A DNA stretch of 64,000 nucleotides from Christensenellales bacterium. Lineage in GTDB: Bacteria > Bacillota > Clostridia > Christensenellales > Aristaeellaceae. Positions within the stretch are counted from its first letter, which is position 1; each line of letters starts with the position of its first letter. The DNA is taken from NCBI GenBank assembly GCA_050952935.1, contig JBMNLS010000002.1, positions 646,988 through 710,987 of the forward strand. The letters are read 5' to 3'. Position numbers and translations under genes: made by a program. Below, piece by piece: positions 54,434-64,000 of the stretch. Below the pieces are notes generated by a model. The model saw only the letters and a program-made list of their open reading frames with translations, did no database searches and was not told the DNA's origin.

Positions 54434-56782
54434 ATGAACGAGAAATCCCTGCGCACACTGGAATTTAACAAAATCAAGGATCTGCTGGCCAGCTATGCCA
54501 TCACCGCCCTTGGGGAGGCGCGCTGTCAAAGCCTTTTGCCGGTTGCCAGGCTGGCCGATGTGGAGCGCATGCAGACAGAGACGGAGGAAGCCCTCAGGGT
54601 GCTGACCTACCGGGGGGATCACCCTCTGATCCCGTTTAAGGATGTGAGCGGCCAAATCAGCCTGTCTGAAAAAGGGGCCACCCTTTCTATCCGGGCGCTA
54701 CTGGATGTGGCGGAGCTGCTGCGGGCCGCGAACGCGGGGCACAAGGCTTTGGCCGATGACGAGCTGGAGCGCAGCCCGCGCCTGAGCGCGCTGGCGGCCA
54801 GGCTGGTTCCCCTGCGCAGCCTTGAAAGGGAGATTACAAATGCCATCATCTCCGAGGAAGAAATATCGGATAACGCCAGCGCCCAGCTGGCGGACATCCG
54901 CCGCCATATCCGCCTGTGCAATGACCGGGTGCGGGATAAGCTCCAGTCCATGGTGCACAGCGCCAGCTATGCCAAATACCTTCAGGATGCGATTATCACC
55001 GTGCGCTCGGGGCGCTATGTGCTGCCGGTGCGCCAGGAATACCGCCAGATGGTGCCAGGTCTGGTGCATGATCAGTCATCCTCAGGCGCCACGCTTTATA
55101 TTGAGCCCATGGCGGTTGTGGAAGCGGGCAATGAGCTGAAGGAGTGGGAAATCAAAGAGCGTCTTGAGATTGAACGGATTCTGGCTCATCTGTCATCCCA
55201 GGTGGCTGAAAATGCCGATGCGCTGTATGAAAACCTTGATATCCTCACGGAAATCGACTTCCGCTTCGCGAAGGCGGCCTATGCCAGGGAAATCAGCGCC
55301 ATCAAACCGAAGCTGAATGACCGGGGCTTCATCCGTTTTGTGCAGGTGCGCCATCCGCTGATCCCCAGGGATGTGGTGGTGCCCTGTGATTTATACTTGG
55401 GGGATGATTTTACCACACTGATTATCACCGGACCCAACACCGGCGGCAAAACTGTGACGCTGAAAACGGTGGGCCTTATCAGCCTGATGGCATTGTCCGG
55501 GCTTCATGTGCCCGGTAAGTTGGGCACTGAGGTGGCCGTGTTTGAGCAGGTGTTTGCCGATATTGGCGATGAACAGAGCATTGAGCAGTCCCTGTCCACC
55601 TTTTCCTCCCATATGACCAACATTGTTTCCATCCTGTTGGAGGCGGACAGGCGTGATCTGGTGCTGTTTGACGAGCTGGGCGCCGGCACCGACCCCACAG
55701 AGGGCGCGGCCCTGGCCCAGGCCATTCTTGAGCAGATGCGCGCCCACCAAATCCGCACCATCGCAACGACGCATTACAGCGAGCTGAAAGCCTACGCCCT
55801 TTCCACCCCCGGTGTTCAAAACGCCAGCGTTGAATTTGATGTCAGCACCCTGAGCCCCACCTACCGGCTGCTGATAGGCGTGCCCGGGAAATCCAACGCT
55901 TTTGAGATTTCCAAGCGCCTGGGGCTGCCGCAGCGCCTGATTGAGTCCGCTCAAACACTTCTCAGCCATGAGGCGGTGAAGTTTGAGGATATCATCGCCA
56001 ATGCCGAAGCCCACCGGCAGGCGGCGGAAAAGGAGCGCCGGCTGGCAGAGGAGGCCCAGGAAGAAATCCAGCAGCTGCGCAGGGAGGCGGAGAAAAAATA
56101 TCAGGAAATTGCCCAGGAACGGCAGAATGCCCGGCAAAAGGCCCGGGATGAGGCCAAACGCATCCTGGAAAAAGCCAAGCGGGAGAGCGCCACTGTGCTG
56201 GATGAGCTGAGGGCGCTGAAAACCAGCGATCCCAACGCCGTCAACCGCCTGCGCCGCCGCATGCGCGATGCTGAGAATGAGCTGACCGAGTCCTTCCCCG
56301 GCCTTGAGATCGGCGAATCCCTCAACCCCGATGAGATGAGCGTGGGCATGCCGGTGCTGCTTGGCATGAACAATGCCCCTGCCACCCTTCTTTCCCTGCC
56401 GGACGCCAAAAATGAGGTGCAGGTGCAGGCGGGGGCTGTTAAGATGCGGGTATCTGTTGATCAATTGCTTCCTGCCCCCCAGAAACGGGAAAAAAAGAAA
56501 ACCGTGGTGAGCACCAGCACAGCCGCCGCCACCCGCAGCGTGAAAATGGAATGCGATGTGCGGGGGATGGCGCTGGACGAGGCCATTGTCGAGGTGGACA
56601 ATTATCTGGACAGCGCCGTGCTGGCGGGATATCACGAGGTATCCATCATCCATGGAAAAGGCATGGGTACACTGCGCAGCGGGCTTAACGACCATCTGAA
56701 GCGCCATCCTCTCCTTGCAGGCCACCGGGCGGGCCGCTATGGGGAAGGGGAGGCGGGGGTCACGGTGGTTACGCTCAAATAG
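54434..56782 (+). CDS. mutS2: Endonuclease MutS2
   Basis: ITGPNTGGKT Walker A, long coiled coil, C-terminal Smr domain (VSIIHGKGMGTLR). Confidence 0.9.
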   Translation: MNEKSLRTLEFNKIKDLLASYAITALGEARCQSLLPVARLADVERMQTETEEALRVLTYRGDHPLIPFKDVSGQISLSEKGATLSIRALLDVAELLRAANAGHKALADDELERSPRLSALAARLVPLRSLEREITNAIISEEEISDNASAQLADIRRHIRLCNDRVRDKLQSMVHSASYAKYLQDAIITVRSGRYVLPVRQEYRQMVPGLVHDQSSSGATLYIEPMAVVEAGNELKEWEIKERLEIERILAHLSSQVAENADALYENLDILTEIDFRFAKAAYAREISAIKPKLNDRGFIRFVQVRHPLIPRDVVVPCDLYLGDDFTTLIITGPNTGGKTVTLKTVGLISLMALSGLHVPGKLGTEVAVFEQVFADIGDEQSIEQSLSTFSSHMTNIVSILLEADRRDLVLFDELGAGTDPTEGAALAQAILEQMRAHQIRTIATTHYSELKAYALSTPGVQNASVEFDVSTLSPTYRLLIGVPGKSNAFEISKRLGLPQRLIESAQTLLSHEAVKFEDIIANAEAHRQAAEKERRLAEEAQEEIQQLRREAEKKYQEIAQERQNARQKARDEAKRILEKAKRESATVLDELRALKTSDPNAVNRLRRRMRDAENELTESFPGLEIGESLNPDEMSVGMPVLLGMNNAPATLLSLPDAKNEVQVQAGAVKMRVSVDQLLPAPQKREKKKTVVSTSTAAATRSVKMECDVRGMALDEAIVEVDNYLDSAVLAGYHEVSIIHGKGMGTLRSGLNDHLKRHPLLAGHRAGRYGEGEAGVTVVTLK

Positions 56783-56872
56783 AGTTTACAAATCATTCAG
56801 CCCTTGGTCTGAAAAGAGACAAACTCTCAAAATATGATAAGATGATTTAAACGAGAATGCGGGGTGAAAAGC

Positions 56873-57565
56873 ATGAAACAATTGATTATGGTGGTGGATG
56901 ACGACTTGAACATCGCCAAGCTGATCAAGCTGTACCTGGAAAAAGACGGCTATGAGGTCATCCATAGCGCCCGGGGGGATGACGCGCTGGCGCAGCTGAA
57001 AAAAATATCGCCAGCTCTGATTTTGCTGGATATCATGCTGCCCGGCATGGACGGCTGGCAGGTGTGCAAGGCCATCCGGTTGCAAAGCAAGGTGCCCATC
57101 ATCATGCTAAGCGCCAAGGACGAAACGATAGACAAGGTTTTGGGCCTGGAACTGGGCGCTGACGACTATATTACCAAGCCCTTTGAGCCCAAGGAGCTTC
57201 TGGCCCGGGTGAAGGCCGTGCTGCGGCGCGGAGCGCCTGAGGAGGACAGCATGGGCGACAGCCTCAGCTTCCCCGGGCTATCCATTAACAAGGCCAGCTA
57301 TGAGGTGCTCTACGAAGGGAACCCGGTGCAAATGCCCCCCAAGGAGCTGGAATTGCTGTTTTTCCTGGCCAAGCACCAGAACCTGGTCTTTACCCGGGAA
57401 CAGCTGCTGGAAAAGGTGTGGGGGTTTGACTATTTTGGCGACAGCCGCACGGTGGATGTGCATGTGAAGCGGCTGCGGGAAAAACTGCCTGGCAGTGAGA
57501 AATATGGCTGGTTTATCCGCACCATCTGGTCGGTGGGCTATAAGTTTGAGGTTAAACAGGTTTGA
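56873..57565 (+). CDS. OmpR-family response regulator
   Basis: Receiver domain (VVDDD...LLDIMLPGMDG) plus winged-helix trans_reg_C (VDVHVKRLREKL...IRTIWSVGYKF). Confidence 0.9.
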   Translation: MKQLIMVVDDDLNIAKLIKLYLEKDGYEVIHSARGDDALAQLKKISPALILLDIMLPGMDGWQVCKAIRLQSKVPIIMLSAKDETIDKVLGLELGADDYITKPFEPKELLARVKAVLRRGAPEEDSMGDSLSFPGLSINKASYEVLYEGNPVQMPPKELELLFFLAKHQNLVFTREQLLEKVWGFDYFGDSRTVDVHVKRLREKLPGSEKYGWFIRTIWSVGYKFEVKQV

Positions 57566-59031
57566 GCCGGGGCATCTTTGGAAAGCTCATGGCGCTGTTT
57601 GCCGCCGTGATCCTCATCTGTGTGCTGTTGATGCTGGGGGTTTTTGGCATCAGCGCCAGGGATGCCCAGATTGCCGGACGGGTGCAGGCGTTGAAGACCC
57701 AGGCCTATGACATCGCTTATTTAGCTTCCATTCCTCAGCCCCAGAGCATCAGCGCCCTGCTGACGCTGGGCGGCACCTCCACCCGGCAGCTGATGGAACG
57801 AAAGCTGCGGGATGTTTATCAGGAATATGGGGCTTATGCCCTGGTGGTTGACCGCACTGGGCAGATGACTTCCTATTTTTCCTCTGTGCTGAATGAAAAC
57901 ACGGAATTGTCCACCACCTTTGAGCCCAAAACCATTATAGACACGCTGATCCAGGTGCTGAATGGACAGGAGGTGGTGCGCCAGACAGAAGGGGCCCAGG
58001 GCACCATGTTCACCGTGGCCGTGCCCTGGAAACAGGGCGAGCGGGTGCTAGGGGCTGTCTATATCCAAACTGCGGCCCAAACCGTGCGCGAATCCTATGA
58101 GGGAATATGGCTTAATGCCGCTCTCGCCTCCCTTTTTGCGGCTGTGGTGGCGGCGGTGATCGCCTACTTTTTTACCCGGCGCTTGGTGCGCCCGCTTCAG
58201 GAAATCGCTCAGCACGCGGGCACCATGGCCCGTGGCCTACCGGTGCCCCAAATTTCTGAATCAGGGGTGAGGGAGTTAAATGAGCTGGCCGTGTCCTTTA
58301 ACCACATGTCAAAGCAGATTCAGGATACTGAGCGCATCCGCCGGGATTTTATCGCCAACCTTTCCCACGAGCTGCGCTCTCCCATGACCAACATTCAGGG
58401 CTTCATCCAGGGGATGATAGACGGCACCATCAGCCCGGAAGAGGCAAAGCCTTATCTGGACATTGTGCTGAGCGAAACCAAGCGGTTAAATGCCCTGATC
58501 GCGGGATTGTTTCGCCTTTCCCAGGCTGAAAGCCCGGAATCCCCCCTGGTGATGAGCCATTTTGACATCTGCGAACTCGTGCGCCTGGTGGTCATCACCA
58601 AACTTCCGCAGATTGAGGGCAAAGGCATTGAAGTCCTGACCGATTTTGAGGAAGAGAACCTCTATGTCAAGGCCGCCCGGGATTCAATTGAGCAGGTGCT
58701 GATCAACCTTCTGGACAACGCCATCAAGTTCACCCCCAGCGGCGGGGAAATCCGCGTGGTCATCCGCAGGCAAAACACAAACCAGATAGCCGTTACGGTA
58801 TATGACAACGGCATTGGCGTGCTTCCTGAGGAAAGGGACCGTTTGTTTGAGCGCTTTTATAAATCGGATCAGGCCCATGCCTCAGGGGATGGCAGCGGCC
58901 TGGGCCTGGCCATCTCCAAATCGATCATGGAGCGGCACGGGCAGAGCATCCGCCTGATTGACAGCGTCCGTGGCGCTGCCTTTGAGTTTACCCTGGCGGC
59001 AGGGGAGGGCCCCAAGCGCAATGCGGATTAA
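57562..59031 (+). CDS. Sensor histidine kinase (TM-HAMP-HisKA-HATPase)
   Basis: H-box FIANLSHELRSP, N-box LLDNAIKFT, G-boxes DNGIGV and GSGLGLAI; overlaps the response regulator stop. Confidence 0.9.
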   Translation: MSRGIFGKLMALFAAVILICVLLMLGVFGISARDAQIAGRVQALKTQAYDIAYLASIPQPQSISALLTLGGTSTRQLMERKLRDVYQEYGAYALVVDRTGQMTSYFSSVLNENTELSTTFEPKTIIDTLIQVLNGQEVVRQTEGAQGTMFTVAVPWKQGERVLGAVYIQTAAQTVRESYEGIWLNAALASLFAAVVAAVIAYFFTRRLVRPLQEIAQHAGTMARGLPVPQISESGVRELNELAVSFNHMSKQIQDTERIRRDFIANLSHELRSPMTNIQGFIQGMIDGTISPEEAKPYLDIVLSETKRLNALIAGLFRLSQAESPESPLVMSHFDICELVRLVVITKLPQIEGKGIEVLTDFEEENLYVKAARDSIEQVLINLLDNAIKFTPSGGEIRVVIRRQNTNQIAVTVYDNGIGVLPEERDRLFERFYKSDQAHASGDGSGLGLAISKSIMERHGQSIRLIDSVRGAAFEFTLAAGEGPKRNAD

Positions 59032-59875
59032 GGCCAGAGCAAAAATCAACTGGGCCCTCAATGTGCTGGGCAAGCGGACGGACGGCTATCATGATCTGGA
59101 TATGCTCAACCAGCGCCTGGCGCTGGCGGACGACATCAGGTTCACCGTGGCGGATGAAATATCTCTGTCCGTTACAGGGGCTGGAGACAGAAGTGTCCCT
59201 GACGATCAGAGCAACCTGGTATGGCGGGCGGCGGCGGCCCTTCAGGCGCGATGCGCCCATCCTGTTGGTGTCCACATCAGCCTTCACAAGCGCATCCCAT
59301 CAGGCGCTGGCCTTGGCGGGGGCAGCGCTGACGCCGCAGCGGTGCTGATGGGCCTTAACTATCTGTGGGATATGGGCTTATCCCTTCAGGCGCTGCGGGA
59401 TATTGGCCTGTCGCTGGGGGCGGATGTTCCCTACTGCCTGGCCGGAGGCTTTGCCCGGGTGGGCGGCATTGGGGAGGTCATCCAGCCTATTTCCCACGCG
59501 CCACTGGCTCACCTGGTCATGATCCAGCCCAAAACCTCTCTGTCTACCAAAGCGGTTTTTGCTCAATTGCATACGCACCCTGCGGCAGCGGCGGCCGATA
59601 TTCCCCGTGCCGCCCATCAGCTTATCAGCCGTGACTTTATGAATTTAAGCCTTTATGCCGTCAACCAGCTGCAAGGCGCCGCCCAGACACTGTGCCCTGA
59701 AATGGCTGTAGCTTTGGATGATCTAAAATCCGCCGGCGCATTGTTTGCCGGCATGTCAGGCGCGGGCTCGGTGGTGTTTGGCGCTTTTGACAGCGCCGCA
59801 CAAGCGAAAAAAGCGCATGACGCGCTTAAAACCAAATGGGAAACCTGTCTTCAGACCCGGACGATATCAGGATAA
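59021..59875 (+). CDS. ispE: 4-diphosphocytidyl-2-C-methyl-D-erythritol kinase
   Basis: KINWALNVLGKRTDGYHDL and IPSGAGLGGGSADAAA GHMP-kinase motifs. Confidence 0.85.
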   Translation: MRIKARAKINWALNVLGKRTDGYHDLDMLNQRLALADDIRFTVADEISLSVTGAGDRSVPDDQSNLVWRAAAALQARCAHPVGVHISLHKRIPSGAGLGGGSADAAAVLMGLNYLWDMGLSLQALRDIGLSLGADVPYCLAGGFARVGGIGEVIQPISHAPLAHLVMIQPKTSLSTKAVFAQLHTHPAAAAADIPRAAHQLISRDFMNLSLYAVNQLQGAAQTLCPEMAVALDDLKSAGALFAGMSGAGSVVFGAFDSAAQAKKAHDALKTKWETCLQTRTISG

Positions 59876-59881
59876 GCGCTG

Positions 59882-60364
59882 CTACTGCGCCAGGATCGCC
59901 TGCAATGCCGTCAGGTGGGTGAGCGTGGTGGTGCGTATTTCCAGCGTGCTGGATGTGGCGGTTTGTATGGTCGTCTCATATACATCAATATCGTGATACA
60001 GGGCTGCAATGGCCTCAGTGGGCACAATGCGCCCGCCTTCACCGAAGACGGAGATGGCGATGCTGTTCATCTGGTCGATGTTGTAGATATATTGCCTAAC
60101 CAGCGCCAGCTTGCTGCCGGTGTTGGATTGGACGCCGCCGGTGAGCCTGCTCACCTGGTCGATGGCATCAATCAGCGCGCTGTTGATTCTGCGCTCCAGC
60201 TGCTCTTTGACGCGGTTGATGGTAAAGGCCTGGTTACCTCCCCAAATGCCAAGCCCTATCACGCCCAGAAGCAAAACCAAGGTCACCCCTAGCAGCAATC
60301 GGCGCTGGAATCGGGTGCCATACTGGGCCATGGTGGGCTTTTTCTGATAACGGTAGCTGTTCAT
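59882..60364 (-). CDS. Membrane-anchored hypothetical protein
   Basis: One N-terminal TM helix (LLLGVTLVLLLGVIGLGIW); GAGGTG RBS before MNSYRY. Confidence 0.5.
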   Translation of the reverse strand: MNSYRYQKKPTMAQYGTRFQRRLLLGVTLVLLLGVIGLGIWGGNQAFTINRVKEQLERRINSALIDAIDQVSRLTGGVQSNTGSKLALVRQYIYNIDQMNSIAISVFGEGGRIVPTEAIAALYHDIDVYETTIQTATSSTLEIRTTTLTHLTALQAILAQ

Positions 60365-60572
60365 GTCACCTCGTTGCGTGATGCTTATTCGTAAACATAT
60401 TTTACCATGTTTTCCCGGTATGGACAATCCGTCGTAATAGTGGACGATTACCGTTTTCGATCTTGATTATTGTTTCCAGATTCTGATTCGTAAAAATCCC
60501 CATAAGAACACTCGTACCTGCAAAGTGAAGACCCTCTATATCCTGTGCTTTTTTACATATGTTGTTTTATAT

Positions 60573-62441
60573 TTATAACCTGTCTAACTCCTGCATCATG
60601 GCGCGGCGGTTTTTATACTGTTCTTTCCATCTGTTTGCCAGTTCCTGTACCACCGCATCGCCGCCCGGATACCTGCGAATGCGGCGCAGCTCACACACGA
60701 TGCTCTGGTATGTCCCCCGGTCTGACACCCTGGCTGCCATACGACATACCTCTTTTGTATACTTTTCAAGCAGTTGTTCCGCATAGAGCGGCTTAAGCTG
60801 CTCTTCATACGCTTTTAGCATGTTCACCCCGTCTGATTGCAGCACCACCTCAAGCAGGCGTTCATTCAACCCTTCGGCGCTTAACACCGCCGCCTGGTAT
60901 GAAGGATATTTCCATGCCTTGAGTGACAGCAGTCGCTCACGCTTCGCCAGCCAATCCTCATCGCTGTAATACTGTTTTAATTCATGATAATGCTCCATAT
61001 CACCGCCTCTGGATGCAGCCATTTCCCACAGTAACCGCTCGTAATCCTGTTCCCTGCCCTCTTGCAGATACAATTCCTTTAATTGGTTGAGCATCGTATA
61101 GCCTGCGATGTCATCAGGGCGTTGACGCTCGGCCTCCATCAGATTAATCGCTACATCATACTGCCGTTTTTTTATTGCACGGTCTATGCGGTAAGAGCGC
61201 ACATTGGATATATCCCAATAAGTTTGGTAGAATGATTCCAACTCCTGCTTCGATGCGCCCATTTCATGGAGGGTGTTTAACAAACGCCTAACCCAAACCC
61301 ACATATCAAAGCTATCTCTCCTTTTCTCCCTGTCCAACAATTCAATATGACTATGACACAAATCTTTTTTACGGGCGTCATACTTCCTGGCGGGAAAAGC
61401 GGTAAACAGAAGGTTTTCAACTGCACTTTGAGCTTCGCCGGTAAGCAATCCCCGGGACACCGCTTGCAGGCTTTTTGCAAAAAGTTGCTCCTCTTCATCA
61501 GAATCCGTACAGGATGCCACCAGCCGGGTCAGCGCTTCACCGCATTCTTCCAGTAGCCAGTAGCAATACCCTTCTTCAGCATCACTATAGCCAAGTTCCC
61601 TGTTAAGCCGCTGCATCAGGCCCATCATCACATCCAGCGCCAGCCCTTGACGCCCTTTTTCAATCAAGGTGTCAAGGGTGTTGTTGACAAAATTCATTAT
61701 ATCATCGGCAAAATCCGATGAATCATCAATGTATGAAAAATCCCCGGAAAATTGCGTATAAGCATCGAAAATGCGTTCATATTCCCGCTTGTAAGCGTCC
61801 AAACCGCGCACTTTGGACGGTGGCATCAGGGCATCCCGGAAACGCATTTGCAGCTTGATGTTTTCCAGCAAAGCCTTATATAGATACATGCGCACAAAAG
61901 CATCATCTGCCTGGGCGATCAGGGTTGCCAGCTCTGCCATTTCGACATTTTGTGGCACCTGAACAAGGGTATCATTAGGCGCTGTCTGCTGAATATCACG
62001 GGAATCTTTCCTCACAGCCTTGTCATGCGTTCGGAAAAAATCTTCCGCATACCTGTCCGCCCAGCCTTCATCATCCTTATCTGTCACATTATCAGAGTGC
62101 GCAGTGGTTTCCTCCCAGGCGTCCGGTTCATCATCCCAGTAACCGACACCGCTTCCGGACAAATCGTCCAAATCTGCATCCTCCTCTTGCACGCCAAAAG
62201 CAGCATATAAAACTGCCGCCATGTGCTTACAGTTTTCACCGCTCTGCGCGTGCGGGCAGGTACACCATAAATCCTCAACGCTCTTCTGGTCGCCATGGAA
62301 ACTGACATCATAGGTTTTCGTCCCCTTTACCTGCGCGGTATAGCGATCAGCGTTTGAGCGCAGATGCTGTACGCGTCCTTCCTGAAAGTATATCAATCCA
62401 CGGTACAAGATATGATCATGAAAATGTTTGCGCCAAGTCAT
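60573..62441 (-). CDS. SWIM zinc-finger protein with an acidic linker and a long helical C-terminal region
   Basis: CTCPHAQSGENCKHMAAVLY is a CxC...CxH SWIM motif; the rest is helical and repeat-like. Confidence 0.7.
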   Translation of the reverse strand: MTWRKHFHDHILYRGLIYFQEGRVQHLRSNADRYTAQVKGTKTYDVSFHGDQKSVEDLWCTCPHAQSGENCKHMAAVLYAAFGVQEEDADLDDLSGSGVGYWDDEPDAWEETTAHSDNVTDKDDEGWADRYAEDFFRTHDKAVRKDSRDIQQTAPNDTLVQVPQNVEMAELATLIAQADDAFVRMYLYKALLENIKLQMRFRDALMPPSKVRGLDAYKREYERIFDAYTQFSGDFSYIDDSSDFADDIMNFVNNTLDTLIEKGRQGLALDVMMGLMQRLNRELGYSDAEEGYCYWLLEECGEALTRLVASCTDSDEEEQLFAKSLQAVSRGLLTGEAQSAVENLLFTAFPARKYDARKKDLCHSHIELLDREKRRDSFDMWVWVRRLLNTLHEMGASKQELESFYQTYWDISNVRSYRIDRAIKKRQYDVAINLMEAERQRPDDIAGYTMLNQLKELYLQEGREQDYERLLWEMAASRGGDMEHYHELKQYYSDEDWLAKRERLLSLKAWKYPSYQAAVLSAEGLNERLLEVVLQSDGVNMLKAYEEQLKPLYAEQLLEKYTKEVCRMAARVSDRGTYQSIVCELRRIRRYPGGDAVVQELANRWKEQYKNRRAMMQELDRL

Positions 62442-62698
62442 GATGATGCCCCTTTCCAACACGTCCTAAAATGAATTTTGTATCTGTCAGTATGATTTGT
62501 CAAGATAGCTTCAATGCGCCCAAACTCATTTGATTCTGCCTTGCCCTGCCCTGATTCTGACAAGGCATTAGGGCATTGATGTGCGAAAATCCGGAAAACC
62601 GCGGGTACGAAAACCCAAGAACGGCAGCTTTCACAGTTTATTCACGCGGTGGACAAAGGCTCATGCTATAATATGCATATATCATGGAGGTGCGGCTT

Positions 62699-63640
62699 TT
62701 GATTCAGGCGGAACACATGACCAGGCGTTATGGCAGCTTTGAGGCGGTCAAGGACCTTTCTTTCACTGTGCAGGTGGGTGAGGTGGTGGGGCTGCTGGGG
62801 CAAAACGGCGCTGGCAAAACCACGGCGCTGCATGTGCTCTCAGGCTATCTGGCGCCCAGCGAGGGCCGTGTGCGGATCAATGGCATCGATATATCGGCAA
62901 AGCCCCGGGAAGCAAAGCGGCACCTGGGCTATCTGCCGGAGACCATCCCGCTGTATCCTGAGATGACTCCCCTGGAATACCTGCGGTTTTGCTGTGATAT
63001 TAAAGAAGTGCACCCCGGCGACCGGGAAGCCCACATTCAGGAGATCATGGCGCTGACGGATATCGTCCCGGTGAAGGATCAACTGTCGGGCACCCTGAGC
63101 AAGGGATACCGTCAGCGTCTGGGGCTGGCCCAGGCGCTGTGCGGAAGGCCTGAGGCGCTCCTGATGGATGAGCCCACCGCCGGCTTTGACCCGGTGCAGT
63201 CCCATGCTTTTAGAAAGCTCGTCAGGAAGCTGGCCAAAGACCACGCCATCATCCTGTCCTCCCATCTTCTAAGCGAGGTGCAGGAGGTGTGCGACCGGGT
63301 GCTGGTTATCTCCTCCGGCCGCCTGGCGCTTGACTACACCCTCAATCAGGAGACGAAGCATGCGCCCCGTTTCCGCCTGGTGGTGGACGCTCCGCCCGCC
63401 CTGGTTCTCTCTCCCATCCGGCAGCTGCCGGGGGTGCGCCGCGTTGAGGTGCTTGGCCGCGGCCAGAAAACCACATCGCTGATCGCAGAGACAGAGCCGG
63501 GGAACGGCTTTCAGCACGCCCTGTTCAGGCTGTTAAGCGGTCTGTCAGCGCCGATTCTTGAGCTTAGCCCGATGGATGACTCGCTGGAGGAAGTGTTTTT
63601 GCGGGTTTCAAGCGCACGCAGCGGGGAGGAGCCGTTATGA
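62699..63640 (+). CDS. ABC-2-type exporter ATP-binding protein
   Basis: GQNGAGKTT Walker A, LSKGYRQR signature, LLMDEPT Walker B. TTG 62699 is well spaced from GGAGGTG; the track ATG 62684 overlaps the RBS. Confidence 0.85.
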   Translation: MIQAEHMTRRYGSFEAVKDLSFTVQVGEVVGLLGQNGAGKTTALHVLSGYLAPSEGRVRINGIDISAKPREAKRHLGYLPETIPLYPEMTPLEYLRFCCDIKEVHPGDREAHIQEIMALTDIVPVKDQLSGTLSKGYRQRLGLAQALCGRPEALLMDEPTAGFDPVQSHAFRKLVRKLAKDHAIILSSHLLSEVQEVCDRVLVISSGRLALDYTLNQETKHAPRFRLVVDAPPALVLSPIRQLPGVRRVEVLGRGQKTTSLIAETEPGNGFQHALFRLLSGLSAPILELSPMDDSLEEVFLRVSSARSGEEPL

Positions 63641-64000
63641 GCGCCCTGTTCCGCCGGGAGCTGAAGGGGTATTTTTACACCCCCACCGGATATTTGTTTC
63701 TGATCATCGCCCTGTCCTTAAGCGGGCTGCTGTTTTACCTGAACAACCTGATTCCCCGCACCTCCGAGCTGACACCGCTTCTGTCCATGCTCAGCTATGT
63801 CTGGATGCTGCTTTCCCCGGTGCTGGTGGTTAGATTATTGGCCGGTGAAAGACAGCAGATGACCGATCAACTGCTAATCACCTCACCGCTGTCATCCGCA
63901 GGCATCGTGCTGGCGAAGTTCCTGGCGGCGGCTCTTGTGATGCTGATGTATGTTGCCCTCACCTTTGTTTACCCGCTGATTGTGGCTGCCTATGCCAGGG
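63637..64000 (+). CDS. ABC-2-type exporter permease, 3' end outside window
   Basis: ATGA overlap with the ATPase stop. Hand translation MSALFRRELKGYFYTPTGYLFLIIALSLSG... is hydrophobic and typical of ABC-2 permeases. Confidence 0.7.
   Translation, partial: MSALFRRELKGYFYTPTGYLFLIIALSLSGLLFYLNNLIPRTSELTPLLSMLSYVWMLLSPVLVVRLLAGERQQMTDQLLITSPLSSAGIVLAKFLAAALVMLMYVALTFVYPLIVAAYAR

Overview
The window is a GC-rich Firmicutes/Clostridia-type chromosome. Evidence for that: SpoVK-like ATPase, a DivIVA/SepF cell-division cluster, GGAGG ribosome-binding sites, and a T-box-like leader. An AT-rich accessory block at about 25.4-51.0 kb interrupts it.

Core left part (1-25.4 kb):
- tail of a B12-binding aminomutase-like gene
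- a five-gene minus-strand operon: two unknown membrane proteins, M20 peptidase, YfcC-type transporter, threonine-aldolase-family PLP enzyme
- nitroreductase, SpoVK-like AAA+ ATPase, DsrE-like protein, a frameshifted MFS transporter, an aldo/keto reductase, xth, ribosomal protein L25/Ctc
- a transglutaminase-like protein coupled to a D-cysteine desulfhydrase/ACC-deaminase-family enzyme
- divIVA, an unusually long Q/P/Y-rich sepF, and an HlyD-like protein
- an aspartate kinase-asd-hom operon behind a T-box-like leader, then tkt and an aldo/keto reductase-ferredoxin fusion

Accessory part:
- A short AT-rich segment (25.4-28.7 kb) holds one orphan gene with a PD-(D/E)xK (HsdR-N-like) N-terminus. 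It also holds an intact IS4-family insertion sequence with inverted repeats and a 9-bp target duplication.
- A ~22-kb island (28717-50988) is integrated into tRNA-Pro(CGG) and bounded by a perfect 46-nt direct repeat.
- The island carries a compact rep / two small paralogs / xis / int operon next to the tRNA.
- It also carries two cargo loci. One is AraC + FGGY kinase + transaldolase-family enzyme + ribose-type sugar ABC transporter + VOC protein. The other is XRE-cupin regulator + two amidohydrolase-2-type proteins + Opp/Dpp-type ABC transporter with a single ATPase + an atypical M24/creatinase-like hydrolase.

Core right part (51-64 kb): tRNA-Thr/tRNA-Pro, cyclophilin, zapA, U32 peptidase, mutS2, an OmpR/HK two-component pair, ispE, an orphan SWIM zinc-finger protein and an ABC-2 exporter.

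All functional calls rest on motifs I recognise by eye. No database search, HMM or folding program was run, and start codons were chosen by RBS inspection. The candidates I consider most worth follow-up are the tRNA-Pro island with its mobility module, its two cargo loci, and the orphan nuclease-domain gene.
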